Shown: one piece after another, positions 13,301-24,327 of the stretch
How positions within the stretch are numbered: the first letter of the stretch is position 1
Layout: every line of letters begins with the position of its first letter
Assembly: GCA_020137815.1 (NCBI GenBank)
Contig: CM035354.1
Span: forward strand, 2,170,001-2,234,000
Direction of reading: 5' to 3'
From: Hormiphora californensis
Lineage: Eukaryota > Animalia > Ctenophora
Length of the DNA stretch: 64,000 nt
The notes under the pieces: generated by a model
The model's input: the letters and a program-made list of their open reading frames with translations, nothing else
The model's database searches: none
Told to the model about the DNA's origin: nothing
Position numbers and translations under genes: made by a program

Positions 13301-16300
13301 TTAATTGGGCAATCTTTCTACCCGCCGAGATGTGGTCATCATAGCTGAGGGATGATGTCTGTGTGGAGATATCTCTAAACCACGCCTGCCCGGGGATACA
13401 GGTGGTAAGTGGTTGTAGGAAGGAGGCAGGGATGTGGTATCACTTGTCACTTGACAAACACATAACAACCACATAACAACCACATAGCAACTACCTAGCA
13501 ACCACATTACAACCACATAACAACCGCATAGCAACCACATAGCAACACCAAATGATAACCACCTGTAGATTGTTGTTTTTCTCTACCCTAGCTAGGGGTT
13601 TACTGCCGCTAAACACATCAGCAAGTTCCAGTAGTCTATCTGCTGCTTCTTTCTGACAAGTTCTCCACTTCTCCAACTTTTTCTCCAGCAGAATCTTGAA
13701 ATGTAATGTAAAATGTAATGTAAAATGTAATGTAAAATGTAATGTAAAATGTAATGTAAAATGTAAACAGTTAGGATACACACGGTCTAATTTCTACTAT
13801 TTAGGGAAGGTCTGTTTAGGGTAAATGTATATTTAGGGCAAACGAATATTTAGGGAAGGTCTATTTAGAGAAGGTCTATTTAGGGCAAATGTATATTTAG
13901 GGCAAAAATATATTTAGGGAAGGTATATTTAGGGAAGGTATATTTAGGGAAGGTCTATTTTAAAGGGCAAACGCATATTTAGGGAGGGTCTCAGTATATA
14001 AATTCCGGCTTGCAGCTGTTTATCTAGTACTACCTTGAAAAGATCCTTGAGAACGAGTTCCAACTGGGAGGTGTTTAGCAACAGAGCCACCACGTCACTC
14101 AGCTTCGTCTAGATGGTGGGGTGATTAGATAGGAAGTCAATAAATTGATAAATCGGTTATTTGTGATTCGCATAGTTTGATTGTAGAAAGATATATTGTA
14201 GGAAAGATTTATCTTATTATTTTATCTTTCCTGCACTAAATTCGAGTCAGTCTACTGCAGGTCCTACACTATTCATTGAATCCTATTATTATCTCAATTA
14301 CATTATGAGACATGACGGTCTCGTGCAGTTGCTTGCATTTCTTGTTAGATGGTGGGGTGACGGTATGTAGCATGAGCCATCGGAGGGTAGTGTTACACTC
14401 CCGTAGGAAGGTCATTAGTTTGGGAACGTGATCCAACACATACTCTTCTACAAGGACACCTGCAGGACACATGTGGTGTTAATAATACTGACGTTAGGTG
14501 TGATAGCTGGGGGTAAGGCAGTGGGGGAAGGGGTTCTTTAGGGCCTTTACTTTAAAAGGAATGAGATCCAGACTTGAGTTTTGGGATGCTTGAATTCTGC
14601 TTTAGAGATCTATCATTTAAGTTATTGAATATATATTCTAATGATATATGAGGCATAAACTCTTGCCAGTGGCGCGTTATTTCAGATACCTTTCTCCCAG
14701 CGCGCCGCTGGGAGAAGGTAGCTGTAGTTTATCCGCCACTGGCGGATAAACTGGTTTAAATCACGACGACGATCCCGAGGCGTAGCCGAGGGAGAGGCGG
14801 AGGGGTTTAAACCTATAACGCGTCTATGGCAAGAGTTTATAGTTTATATACCCTGCTTTAGTTGTTTGTTACAAGTATTACACACTAACAAGAGAGAGAA
14901 CACTAATCAAAATACACAAAGAGAACTGAGAAACAGTCAAAAACATCTCTCAATTGAGTGTACATTGTTTGGTAACAGTTACTAAGGAGAGAGAGAAAGA
15001 AATAACAAGATATGGGGCATGCCAGACATAACACAGAGGAATTGAGATAGTGAAACAAAAGGGAAGCTAAAGAGAGAGTAATTGACGGAATGTGTTGTTT
15101 CTTTCTCTCCAATTTAGTGTGTAACTCTTCCAAACAGTGTTCCCTCTGTATTTCAGTAAGAACTGATCATTTACACACACTTTGAATGTAACATCGGAGT
15201 TAAAAATAAATAACCTGCCAGTGGGAAATAATCTGCCGCTGGACTGGCTGGTTATCGAGAGCGCGCTAGTGGGACTTCTCGCCACTGGCGCATTATTTAA
15301 GTTAGCAGGGTATATAAATATTTAATATTATTATCCACGTGTTTACCTTCCTGTAAGAGTTTTAGGGCCCGGTCACACAATTTGGGAACACTCTGCACGT
15401 GCCGTTTGGATACCTCCCGAACACCGGGGAATGTATTAGCCAGGGCCGTTCGGGCTGCTCTAAATGGCTCCCATTCAGCCACCAAGTTTACCGTTATACC
15501 TGTTGGCGGGATAGGAAGCTGTTGAAAGAGAAAGCTGTTGAAAAAGTAAGCTGTTGAAAGAGGAAGCTGTTGGGATAGAAAGCTGTTGAAAGAGAGAAAG
15601 CTGTTGAAAAAGAAAGCTTTTGGGATAGAAAGCTCTTATTAGAGAAAGCTCAACTAGTCGATTTCCACATTCAAACAACTGCTAATAATTACTCAATTTA
15701 TAAATACCCATGTAGATGCTAATAACCCAATTATCGGGAAAGTGCTTATCCACAATTTCTCTCATCACAGCGGATTGCGATGTCAGGATCTCGGGGGAGA
15801 AGAACAGGGATACGTAGAGCATTGCTGCTTGGGTTGCTAGGGCAACGGATCGATGTTCCGGAAGCGGATAGTTTGACATTTGGTTATAAACATCATCAGA
15901 CCTGTAAAATGATGGGGTGGGTAAAGAAAATTAATGAATCTCGGGTTATAATAACCAGATTTGAGACTTATCGATCTATTGTCAGGTAGGGGGTATTGTG
16001 AGTACCCGCTACCCACAATAATACACATACCTAAGCCTTCCTATGGCCATCTTGACCAAATCTTCCTTTACTGTCACCCTTGAAAAGTAGTTGCACGGAT
16101 AGTTGTTCGGGCGTCTATTGGGATTGCTTGCGGAGGCACCCGTACTTCGAAGCAGTTTACAAACATCATCGATGTGCGAATCAACGGCAGCTTTGTTAGC
16201 GTTGTACCTGTAAAATAACACGATACAACCAATGTTCAAATGAGATGTGTATCCAGAAAATAACTTTGCGGTGGAGAGAAATATACGCCAGCTCTCACCT

Positions 16301-18182
16301 GTGGTACGCAACAAGAATTCTCTCCCTGACATGGCCTTCATACTTTATATCAGCCACCAGCAACATCACACCATATAGGTAGACACTCTCGCACAACAGT
16401 TGTTTTCCCTCCGGATCCATGAAAACAGTTTCAAGGGATTGCTGGATGAATATTCCCTCGTCAAGGTCCTCTATAAACCTGCAAAATGTTAGATTTTCAA
16501 AATGCACTTGATCACAACCGTCTCGAACTTGAGTAAAGGAAGAGATCTCAGCAACCGTGACAGCATTAAAGTAAGAGTGGCGCGCCGTGTTTTCTCACAA
16601 AACTTAGTGGATGAACGGGGAGTACCACCAGGACCATTGGAATGGTATCGAAAATTTCCAATTCTGTCTCGTTCATTAGTTATGACGTAATATGTTCATT
16701 ATTTCAACTTTCATAAAATTGCTCTACAGAAAAATCTGTGCATTGTGGATTGAAATGGATAATTGCATCGTGTTCAGCGTCAAAAAATAGTCGGGGTACC
16801 AAATTTTGGCGTCTCTACCTTGTCTGTGACGCGAGATATTGACAAATATAAAAAACGACCAAAGTGAGAGAAAGAGAGTTTGTTACTTTTGGGTGGTGCG
16901 CACAAACAACTAGCACCCAAAAGTAACAATCTCTCTCTCACCCATTTTGGTCGTTTTTGATAATTGTCGATATCTCGCGTCACAGACAAGGTAGAGACGC
17001 CAAAATTTGGTACCCCGACTATTTTTTGACGCTGAACACGATGCGAGCATCCATTTCAATCCACAATGCACAGATTTTTCTGTAGATCAATTTTATGAAA
17101 GTTGAAATAATGAACATATTACGTCATAACTAATGAACGAGACAGAAATTTTCGATACCGTACCAATGGTCCTGGTGGTACTCCCCGTTCATCCACTAAG
17201 TTTTGTGAGAAAACACGGCACGCCACTCTTACTTTAATACTGACCTCACTGTCTAGTGTCTACAGTTCAGACTAAAAACGGGTTAGGCCTAGGTTTGAAT
17301 GTATGTCCCCTGCATGAGATCCATCAACACACACCTGTTTATGTCACAGATGTACTTGTAAATACTCTCAAAGGTTTTGTAAAACCGTTTCAAGAGGACA
17401 ATGTGGTTTTCCCGAAATTCCTCGTCTCTATCCTGCAAAACAGGGGGAATTAGAGCTGCAAAGAGGGGGTCCGGAACAGAAGTTACTAAATACTTCGCAC
17501 CTCGATATAACGTGCACAACCCACTCCCCTTGGTGACACAGTCACCCTTACGAAACGAAGCCTGCGGGCTGAGTTGTGACGGCGCCACCAACCACTCCCC
17601 CGAAGAGACCGGTTCAACGAGGTTTGATTTCAATACCTGCAGAGTGCAGAACCTAACTATACCTGCAGAAACTATCTGTATACCTGCAGACAGCAGAACC
17701 TAACTATACCTGCAGAACCTATCTTTACCTGCAGAGTGCAGAATTCCTATCTTTACCTGCAGAGTGCAGAACCTATCTAATAGAGAGATAGTATCTTTAC
17801 CTGCAGAACCTATCTAATAGAGAGAGATAGTATCTTTACCTGCAGTTCGGTGTTGTTATCCAGTTTGTTGTTGAAGGAATCCACCGAGGTGAAGTAGGAG
17901 AAATCAACCAACAACTGACCGTACCTGCATCAAACAACAACATGGTTAATAATTCTACTGATTGGTCATCAAATCACTTCAACTTTTGTTCTAGAATTAT
18001 GCCGTTGGATGAAACCTAGATAGAATGTCATCTCACCTATCTTGGTCATATTTGTTTGCGAGATAGAACACACTCGGTACATTAGAGGAGAGTCTCAGTA
18101 ACTCAGCAATAATTGCACTTCCCCTCGCTACCAGATGGAGGAGAGTCTGCCCGCAGGCATTGTTGTCTGAGGTAAAGTTCAT
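6134..18182 (-). CDS. WASHC5: WASH complex subunit 5 (strumpellin), multi-exon
   Basis: Exons translate to [149 protein letters not shown] and [24 protein letters not shown], all hallmark strumpellin segments. ATG at 18182, stop TAA at 6134. Confidence 0.97.
7970..8242. repeat. 21-bp tandem repeat (GGTAACTAATGGTAACCAGCT)n in a WASHC5 intron
   Basis: Direct reading. Confidence 0.95.
8432..9348. mobile_element. Foldback (near-palindromic) MITE with TTAA TSD, Kolobok-like
   Basis: TTAA|GGCCAGAGGGGGGGGTCGACGGG ... CCCGTCGACCCCC..CTCTGGCC|TTAA; purine-purine start with TTAA TSD is typical of Kolobok. Confidence 0.8.
10579..11817 (+). pseudogene. Intronless class-A-like 7TM GPCR nested antisense in a WASHC5 intron, interrupted by a MITE
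   Basis: TM1 GILGN, TM2 LNIIDF, TM3 [10 protein letters not shown] (DRY position) and TM6 in ORF 10579-11280; TM7 [10 protein letters not shown] in 11672-11817. Removing the insertion gives one 276-aa ORF. Confidence 0.85.
11264..11667. mobile_element. 404-bp piggyBac-type MITE
   Basis: TTAA|CCCTTTGGGGACGAT ... ATCGTCTCCAAAGGG|TTAA. Confidence 0.9.
12075..12563. repeat. 17-bp tandem repeat (GGTTGCTATGGTTACCT)n abutting a WASHC5 donor site
   Basis: About 28 units; the minus-strand unit is CCAG|GTAACCATAGCAA. Confidence 0.95.
14655..15318. mobile_element. Hairpin-rich element with A..A'B..B' inverted-repeat layout (possibly a Crypton-like non-autonomous element)
   Basis: ATAAACTCTTGCCA (14655) pairs with TGGCAAGAGTTTAT (14827); TTTATATACCCTGCT (14843) pairs with AGCAGGGTATATAAA (15304); several perfect internal hairpins. 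Confidence 0.5.
16570..17233. mobile_element. Foldback MITE with TTAA TSD, Kolobok-like
   Basis: TTAA|AGTAAGAGTGGCG ... CGCCACTCTTACT|TTAA; the arms are ~300-bp inverted copies. Confidence 0.85.
17633..17845. repeat. Degenerate tandem repeat of a WASHC5 exon-end/donor (CTGCAG|GTA)
   Basis: About 8 TACCTGCAG copies; the rightmost coincides with the real donor of the exon ending ...NNTELQ. Confidence 0.85.
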
Positions 18183-18326
18183 TCTGCCATTGTGTATAAC
18201 TAGCTATACAATGAGGAGAGAGGGGGGTTGTGAGTCAGTGATGTTAGGGGAAGTTCGGATTGGGATCAGAGACAAAGAATATTTCAGAGTAATTATTATC
18301 TAAAACAACAATAATGTATAGTAATT

Positions 18327-21300
18327 TCATTTGAAACACTCATAACTGATTCCTAAACAGGACATTTCATGGAGTCTCCTGGCACCGTATTTGACGAATT
18401 TCTCCCCACAGTTACTACAGGAGTATTGTTTCTCGCCAGTATGTGTGCTCATATGTTCCTTCAAGTTAGAAGACTGGCTAAATGCTGTTCCACAGACCTC
18501 ACATTTGAATGGACGCTCACCAGTATGAACACGCTTGTGTCTTTTATAACTACTCGACACAGCAAACTTCTTTCCACACTCCTCACATTCAAACGGTTGA
18601 ACTCCAGTGTGTGTTCGCTGGTGGAGACTCAAGCTCCAGTTAGACGTGTAACTCATAGGACAAATATCACACTGGAACTTTTCTTTTGGGTGTCCAGTCA
18701 CAATGTGGTCGAACAGCTCAGCTTTAGGCAACCTAACTCCGCAACCTTTCACACGACACGAAACGATGTTTTCATCACGATGCACTTGTTTCTGGTGGAC
18801 TTTTAAATCACCTTTCCGGATAAAGCTTTTTCCACAATCCTTACATTTGTGGGATTTATCCGCCGTGTGAATCTCATTGTGTACAGCAAGATGCTTATAT
18901 TGTTGAAAAGCCATGGGACAAACTTCACACCGGAATGACCTATCTGGGTGGTCAGCACTGACGTGATCAAACAACTCTTTTTCGGATGGTTTTATGACCA
19001 GACAACCTGGTATCTTACACTTGAAACTTTCACGTTCTTTACTTTTGGAATCCATAGAGGTTTCCCCAAAATCAGTTTGTCTTTGAGTTGAAGACTCACC
19101 GGGGGTAGAACTTGAGATAGGATGAAGTTTCACAAGATAAAGGCATTGCGGAGGAAACAAGTTTTGAGGCCGGCAAAGAGGAGGTTTTGGAGCGATTGAT
19201 AGTAGCGGAAAATGTGAATGAACCTCTTCTTCTCTCGAGTATCCGGGTGTGTCATCTGCGGATCTGAAAATCATATTATTTTTAGAGTTTCCAATCTGCT
19301 TCTCACCACCAGAGGTAATGGATTCGTTCCCACCTGAAAAAAGGGAGAATTAATAAGTGGAAAGGACCAATAGCGAATAAAATAAAAAGCACAGTTATTT
19401 GACAGATGTCCCTTACTCACCATAAGACACACCATCAGTTAGTGAAGTGGCAGCAGACGTGGCAGGAACTGAGTAACCAGGATCCATTATTTCCATCTTT
19501 ACATCATCTGCTACTTCCATCTTTACAGGATCTACTACTACAGGATCCATTATTTCCATCTTTACAGGATCTACTACTTCTACATGGTCCACCAAACCCG
19601 ATCCCAGGATTACAGGTGCTTCTCCTTGAATGTCACTCGACCCAGCGTCTAATTGAATGTCACTCGACCCAGCGTTTAATTGAATGTCACTCGACCCAGC
19701 GTATAATTGAATGCCACTCGACCCAGCGTCTAATTGAATGTCATTTGACCCAGCGTCTACTTGAATGTCACTCGAACCAGCGTCTACTTGAATGTCACTC
19801 GACCCAGCGTCTACCCGGATGTCACTCCACCCAGCGTCTAATTGAATGTCACTCGAACCAGCGTCTACCCGGGTGTCACTCGACCCAGTTTGAGTTGCAA
19901 CTTCTACCGATATGGTTGCTCTAACAACTCTGTACCCCGAATCATCCAGAAGATAGTTCCCTGGTTTTCCACAGCCCTCACAGTTAAAAAAGATGTTGTT
20001 TCCCTCAACCCCTGATATTGTCGGAATCTTGGAGGAGACTGGTGAGTGCATCTCAGGTTTGATGTTGCATTCCACCTCAATTTGTTCCGTTTTCAGAAGG
20101 GGAGGACACGGTGTCCCTTAAGGAGGTGAAACCTCGACTAGAATAAGTTTTTTGGAGACCGGACCTAGGTTACGTATTTTTGACCGAGGAATCCGAAAAA
20201 CATAAAATTAAAATCGAAAACGTAGCGGTTTTTGCGTAAAACGGCAAAAACTGTCATTTTTCAGCGATTTTCGACTTTTTACGCTTTCTAGTGATTTAAA
20301 AAATATTTCCTTACAAGATATGATCTTGTGCTTCTAGACTAATAAAATACAATCGATCTGCTACAAATTGGTCCCGGGTTTGTGTGATTTGGTCAAAAGC
20401 TCTCTTTACTGTGGCCCATCAAAGATGGCCACTCTGTAAATATGTATTTGGCTCCTGTGGCTGCAGATGTAAACCAAAAGAAGATTTATTATACACTAAA
20501 ATTTGCGTCTTCTCAAGGCGAACAACCTGGTTTTTACAGCATTCCATTTCATGCAGGCGTTGAGGAGTTACAGCTGAAAAACTGGTACAGTGGATTTTGG
20601 AAATACCCCTACTTCAACAAACCCTAATTCAGATAAGATTTCGAAAAATATACATCTGCATACATGAAAATGAAGCTCAGGCAAATGCCAACGTGATGCA
20701 AAAAACGGGAAGTGTCTAACTTATTTCGTTTAGAAGCTATAGCCAAAGTAAAAGTGCTTATATTTGCCTTGAAAACACCCTCTAAAAGCCCTGAAAAACA
20801 GCAAATCTGTCTAAAAATGCAATACGAATAAAATGTCACCTCCAGTGCACCAACTTAGCCCCCTGTGGACAGAATTTGTTTGAAATTGTCAGAAATTGTC
20901 TAAAAGTATGGTTTTTAGAGGGTGTTTTCAAGGCAAATATAAGCACTTTTACTTTGGCTATAGCTTCTTAACGAAATAAGTTAGACACTTCCCGTTTTTT
21001 GCATCACGTTAGCATTTGCCTGAGCTTCATTTTCATGTATGCAGATGTATATTTTCCGAAATCTTATCTGGATTAGGGTTTGTTGAAGTAGGGGTATTTC
21101 CAAAATCCACTGTACCAGTTTTTCAGCTGTAACTCCTCAACGCCTGCATGAAATGGAATGCCGTAAAAACCAGGTTGTTCGCCTTGAGAAGACGCAAATT
21201 TTAGTGTATAATAAATCTTCTTTTGGTTTACATCTGCAGCCACAGGAGCCAAATACATATTTGCAGAGTGGCCATCTTTGATGGGCCACAGTAAAAAGAG

Positions 21301-22237
21301 CTTTTGACCAAATCACACAAACCCGGGACCAATTTGTAGCAAATCGATTGTATTTTATTAGTCTAGAAGCACAAGATCATATCTTGTAAGGAAATATTTT
21401 TTAGATCTCTAGAAAGCGTAAAAAGTCGAAAATCGCTGAAAAATGACAGTTTTTGCCGTTTTACGCAAAAACCGCTACGTTTTCGATTTTAATTTTATGT
21501 TTTTCGGATTCCTCGGTCAAAAATACGTATCCTAGGTCCGGTCTCCAAAAATCTTATTCTAGCCGAGGTTTCACCTCCTTAAGGGACACCGTGAGGAATT
21601 TGAAACTTTTTGGCAGCTCTAGAGACGGCTTTGTCAGTTTGGGATCTATCGGGTTTTCTTTTTGACGTGATAATTTTCTGGTTATCGGCACACAATTCAT
21701 CGACAATTCCAATTATATCTCTCCTCGGTCGTTTGCGAGAAGGTTTGTCTAATTCTGCTTGTTCTGGCCCTCCTGATAATACCGACTCCGGGATAGCATC
21801 TTCTCTTAGCTTCACCATCATCCCTTTACGATAGCAGAGCGTCACCTAATATAAAAGAGATGTCTGGCTTGAGAATTAGTACATTTGTTGCCTATCGTAT
21901 AAATAGGCAATCATAAAATAACACTAACAGTAACAATACAGATAACAATACAAATTCTACCAATCAAAGGCATCGTACGACGCACATTTCAGAAACTCAT
22001 ATGTACTTACATTCAGGTTATCATTTTCATACCTCGAGAATGTTCTCAATTGACGCATCCGAGAAATGATCCGAACATACCCAGCGAGAACCGGTAATAT
22101 CCTGATCTCTTCTACCGATACGAATTGCCCATGACTGCCTTCTTTTGCTTCGGGAAGGGGAATGTCCTCAACCACTCCCGCCTGTCACTTTTACTAGTGT
22201 TTCTCTTGGAGCAGCCAATTGCTGCACATCTTGGCAT
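18327..22237 (-). CDS. THAP-domain + 27-bp coding repeat + multi-C2H2 zinc-finger protein; disrupted in this assembly
   Basis: MPRCAAIGCSKRN...LRTFPFPK (frameshift ~22140) RQSWAIRIGRR...WVCSDHF, next exon KLREDAIP (THAP C2CH plus AVP-like motif); DAGSSDIQx repeats at ~19630-19890; about 8 C2H2 fingers with TGERPF-type linkers in 18327-19274. Confidence 0.8.
20107..21593. mobile_element. 1.49-kb palindromic non-autonomous Chapaev/CMC-like DNA transposon inserted in an exon
   Basis: CACGGTGTCCCTTAAGGAGGTGAAACCTCG ... CGAGGTTTCACCTCCTTAAGGGACACCGTG; 4-bp TSD AGGA (20103-20106 and 21594-21597); ~690-bp arms. CAC..GTG termini with a 4-bp TSD fit Chapaev. Confidence 0.85.
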
Positions 22238-22543
22238 AGCTAACAAGAATTATTTTCGTTATGCAAACATAAATATTGGTTTTCCTGCCACAAATGAATG
22301 TAAAATTAAGCTTAAAAACTGGATTTCCTAGGTTCAATTTCAACTTCACAAAGTGATGTTTTAAGCCCCACCCCTCCCCCTTGCCCAACCATTAACCAAC
22401 CTCCGTCTCAGTGAGAATCTCACCACATATAGCACCAACAGTTCTCGCCACATTTAATAGCTCGACTATAGCACCAGGTGGACTATACTATGTAGGCGGC
22501 GGTGTCTCAATCAACGTGACACCACCCTCTCATTTCAACTACG

Positions 22544-23186
22544 ATGTTCGCTGCTGTTGCTCTGTTTCTGGTTGTTGCTGTCCAGGGTCAGAGACCCGGG
22601 GAGTTCTCAATTGATGTCCCATTTATGATCCTGGCTCCCCACTCTCATGGGCCCGTTACCTTCAAATTTCACGTTAGTATGCTTTGTTAGATCTTGTGTT
22701 TCCTTATGAGATACTGATAGTAACAGTGCTGCTTGAGCTACTGAGAGTAAACCGGTTTGTCTCATATAAGACCCTCCTCTTCGGGCCGAAGGCCCGGTGC
22801 GGCTACGTGAGGCCGCGTAGAGGTTGCGCGATGTACAGTCAGTGTCTGACAACAAACCGGTATAAGTTCTACTATACTTTGACCCACATTTTCGAGAGAT
22901 TGGAATGACACTAAAATCTCATCAGGTGACTGCATCCAAGAGCTCTAACTACCAAGTCCAAGAGGACGGTATCTCCCTGCTAACTCATAATGTCGAGACT
23001 CGAGAATGGGAGAAACCTGCCTTTTCCTTCTCTCTGGAGACCAAGGATAACGGAAGGAAAGTGACTGGATATGTTAGTATTGAAAGCACTAACTGTGACC
23101 TACAAAGGTGGTACAGGGTCAGCTACCGAGTCAGTGAGAAGAGGACCATCCACCAACGGTTCAGAATTAAAATTAGGGAGTGCTAA
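22544..23186 (+). CDS. Small secreted protein, two exons (paralog 1)
   Basis: Signal peptide MFAAVALFLVVAVQG; phase-0 intron (GTTAGT..CATCAG); exon 2 VTASKSS...CDLQRWYRVSY...RFRIKIREC*. Confidence 0.75.
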
Positions 23187-23514
23187 AATATTCCGTCCTA
23201 ATTTAATTCCTAATCAACTTGGGATGTTTTAGTTTAAAATAAACAATTTAAATGTTCACATGTTCACCATTCGCCACTCAAAAGGTCCTAATTGAATTCC
23301 TAAATGACTTTGGCTTTGAAACAACATGTTGACACCATTGATAACTCTCTAAGTCTAAATTGAATTCCTAATTGACTTGTTAAGTTTGAAACATGTTCAT
23401 GGTCACCAGGTGTGGCTCACAAAGCTTTCTCAAAGACAGTTTAGTACGTGAAAACAATCTAGCTACCTTCCCTACTTAAATACTCGCTCAATTTCTCTCA
23501 CTTCTCATTCCAAC

Positions 23515-24138
23515 ATGTTTCTGTTTGTGCTGTTGTTCGTGTTCGTAGCGGTCACTGCTGCAGGGGAGAAAGAGAACCCTGACAACTTCCGACTGAGGGG
23601 ACACTCCCTCATCTTCATTTCCCAGGAGCAGCCCCTCAAATTCGGACTTCAGGTTAGAAACAAGTAGGAACCGACCGAAACAAGTAAACAACCAATCAGA
23701 ACTCGTTATTTAGGTCACGTGACTGGTTATCAGCCAATCAGGGACCAGTATTTCCTGATTCGGTCGGTTCCTGGAAACAAGTACTATTGAAACTTAGTGA
23801 TTTCATATATTATGAAGTTGCTGGAATCAGATTTGTTCCAAACCCAACACATTACCCCCACCTTTTAATTGCAGGTGATGTCGGACAAATACCCCATCCG
23901 CGAGGACGACATTTCATTTGAGATGAAGAGCAATGGAACCTGGATTGATGAACCCAACTTTAACGTCAAGACAAATAACCGTGACAATCAGAATGAGAAT
24001 TACCCTTTCATGGCTGGAGCTGTGGTGAGGATTGATAGTGTGTCATGCGATGATAGGAGGCTTTACAGGATGGTTTATACCCTGACCCAGGGCCGGGAGC
24101 TGTATAAGAGGTTCAGGATCAAGGTCCAGGGATGCTAA
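23515..24138 (+). CDS. Small secreted protein, two exons (paralog 2)
   Basis: Signal peptide MFLFVLLFVFVAVTAA; same phase-0 intron; exon 2 VMSDKYP...CDDRRLYRMVY...RFRIKVQGC*. Confidence 0.75.
23665..23773 (+). mobile_element. 109-bp hAT-type MITE (copy 1)
   Basis: 15-bp TIR (C/T)AGGAACCGACCGAA; 8-bp TSD GAAACAAG. Confidence 0.9.
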
Positions 24139-24327
24139 TATATATATATATATTGAATAACAACAATTATATTTAGTACTTATCTCTCACTCTCCGTGTT
24201 CTCTCTGTCAGTGTGTCATTAGCTATAAGGAAGGGAAATGAGTTAGAAAATAGGTAAAATTATCAAGCACAGAAAATTCAAAAGAATAAATTCAAATTAA
24301 CATACAATCAACAAATAATATAACAAT

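Noticed and set aside
20118-21582. Reading the 1.49-kb palindrome as a TTAA-TSD Kolobok/piggyBac element
   Set aside because: The inverted repeat extends 11 bp beyond TTAA to CAC/GTG, with an AGGA duplication outside it.
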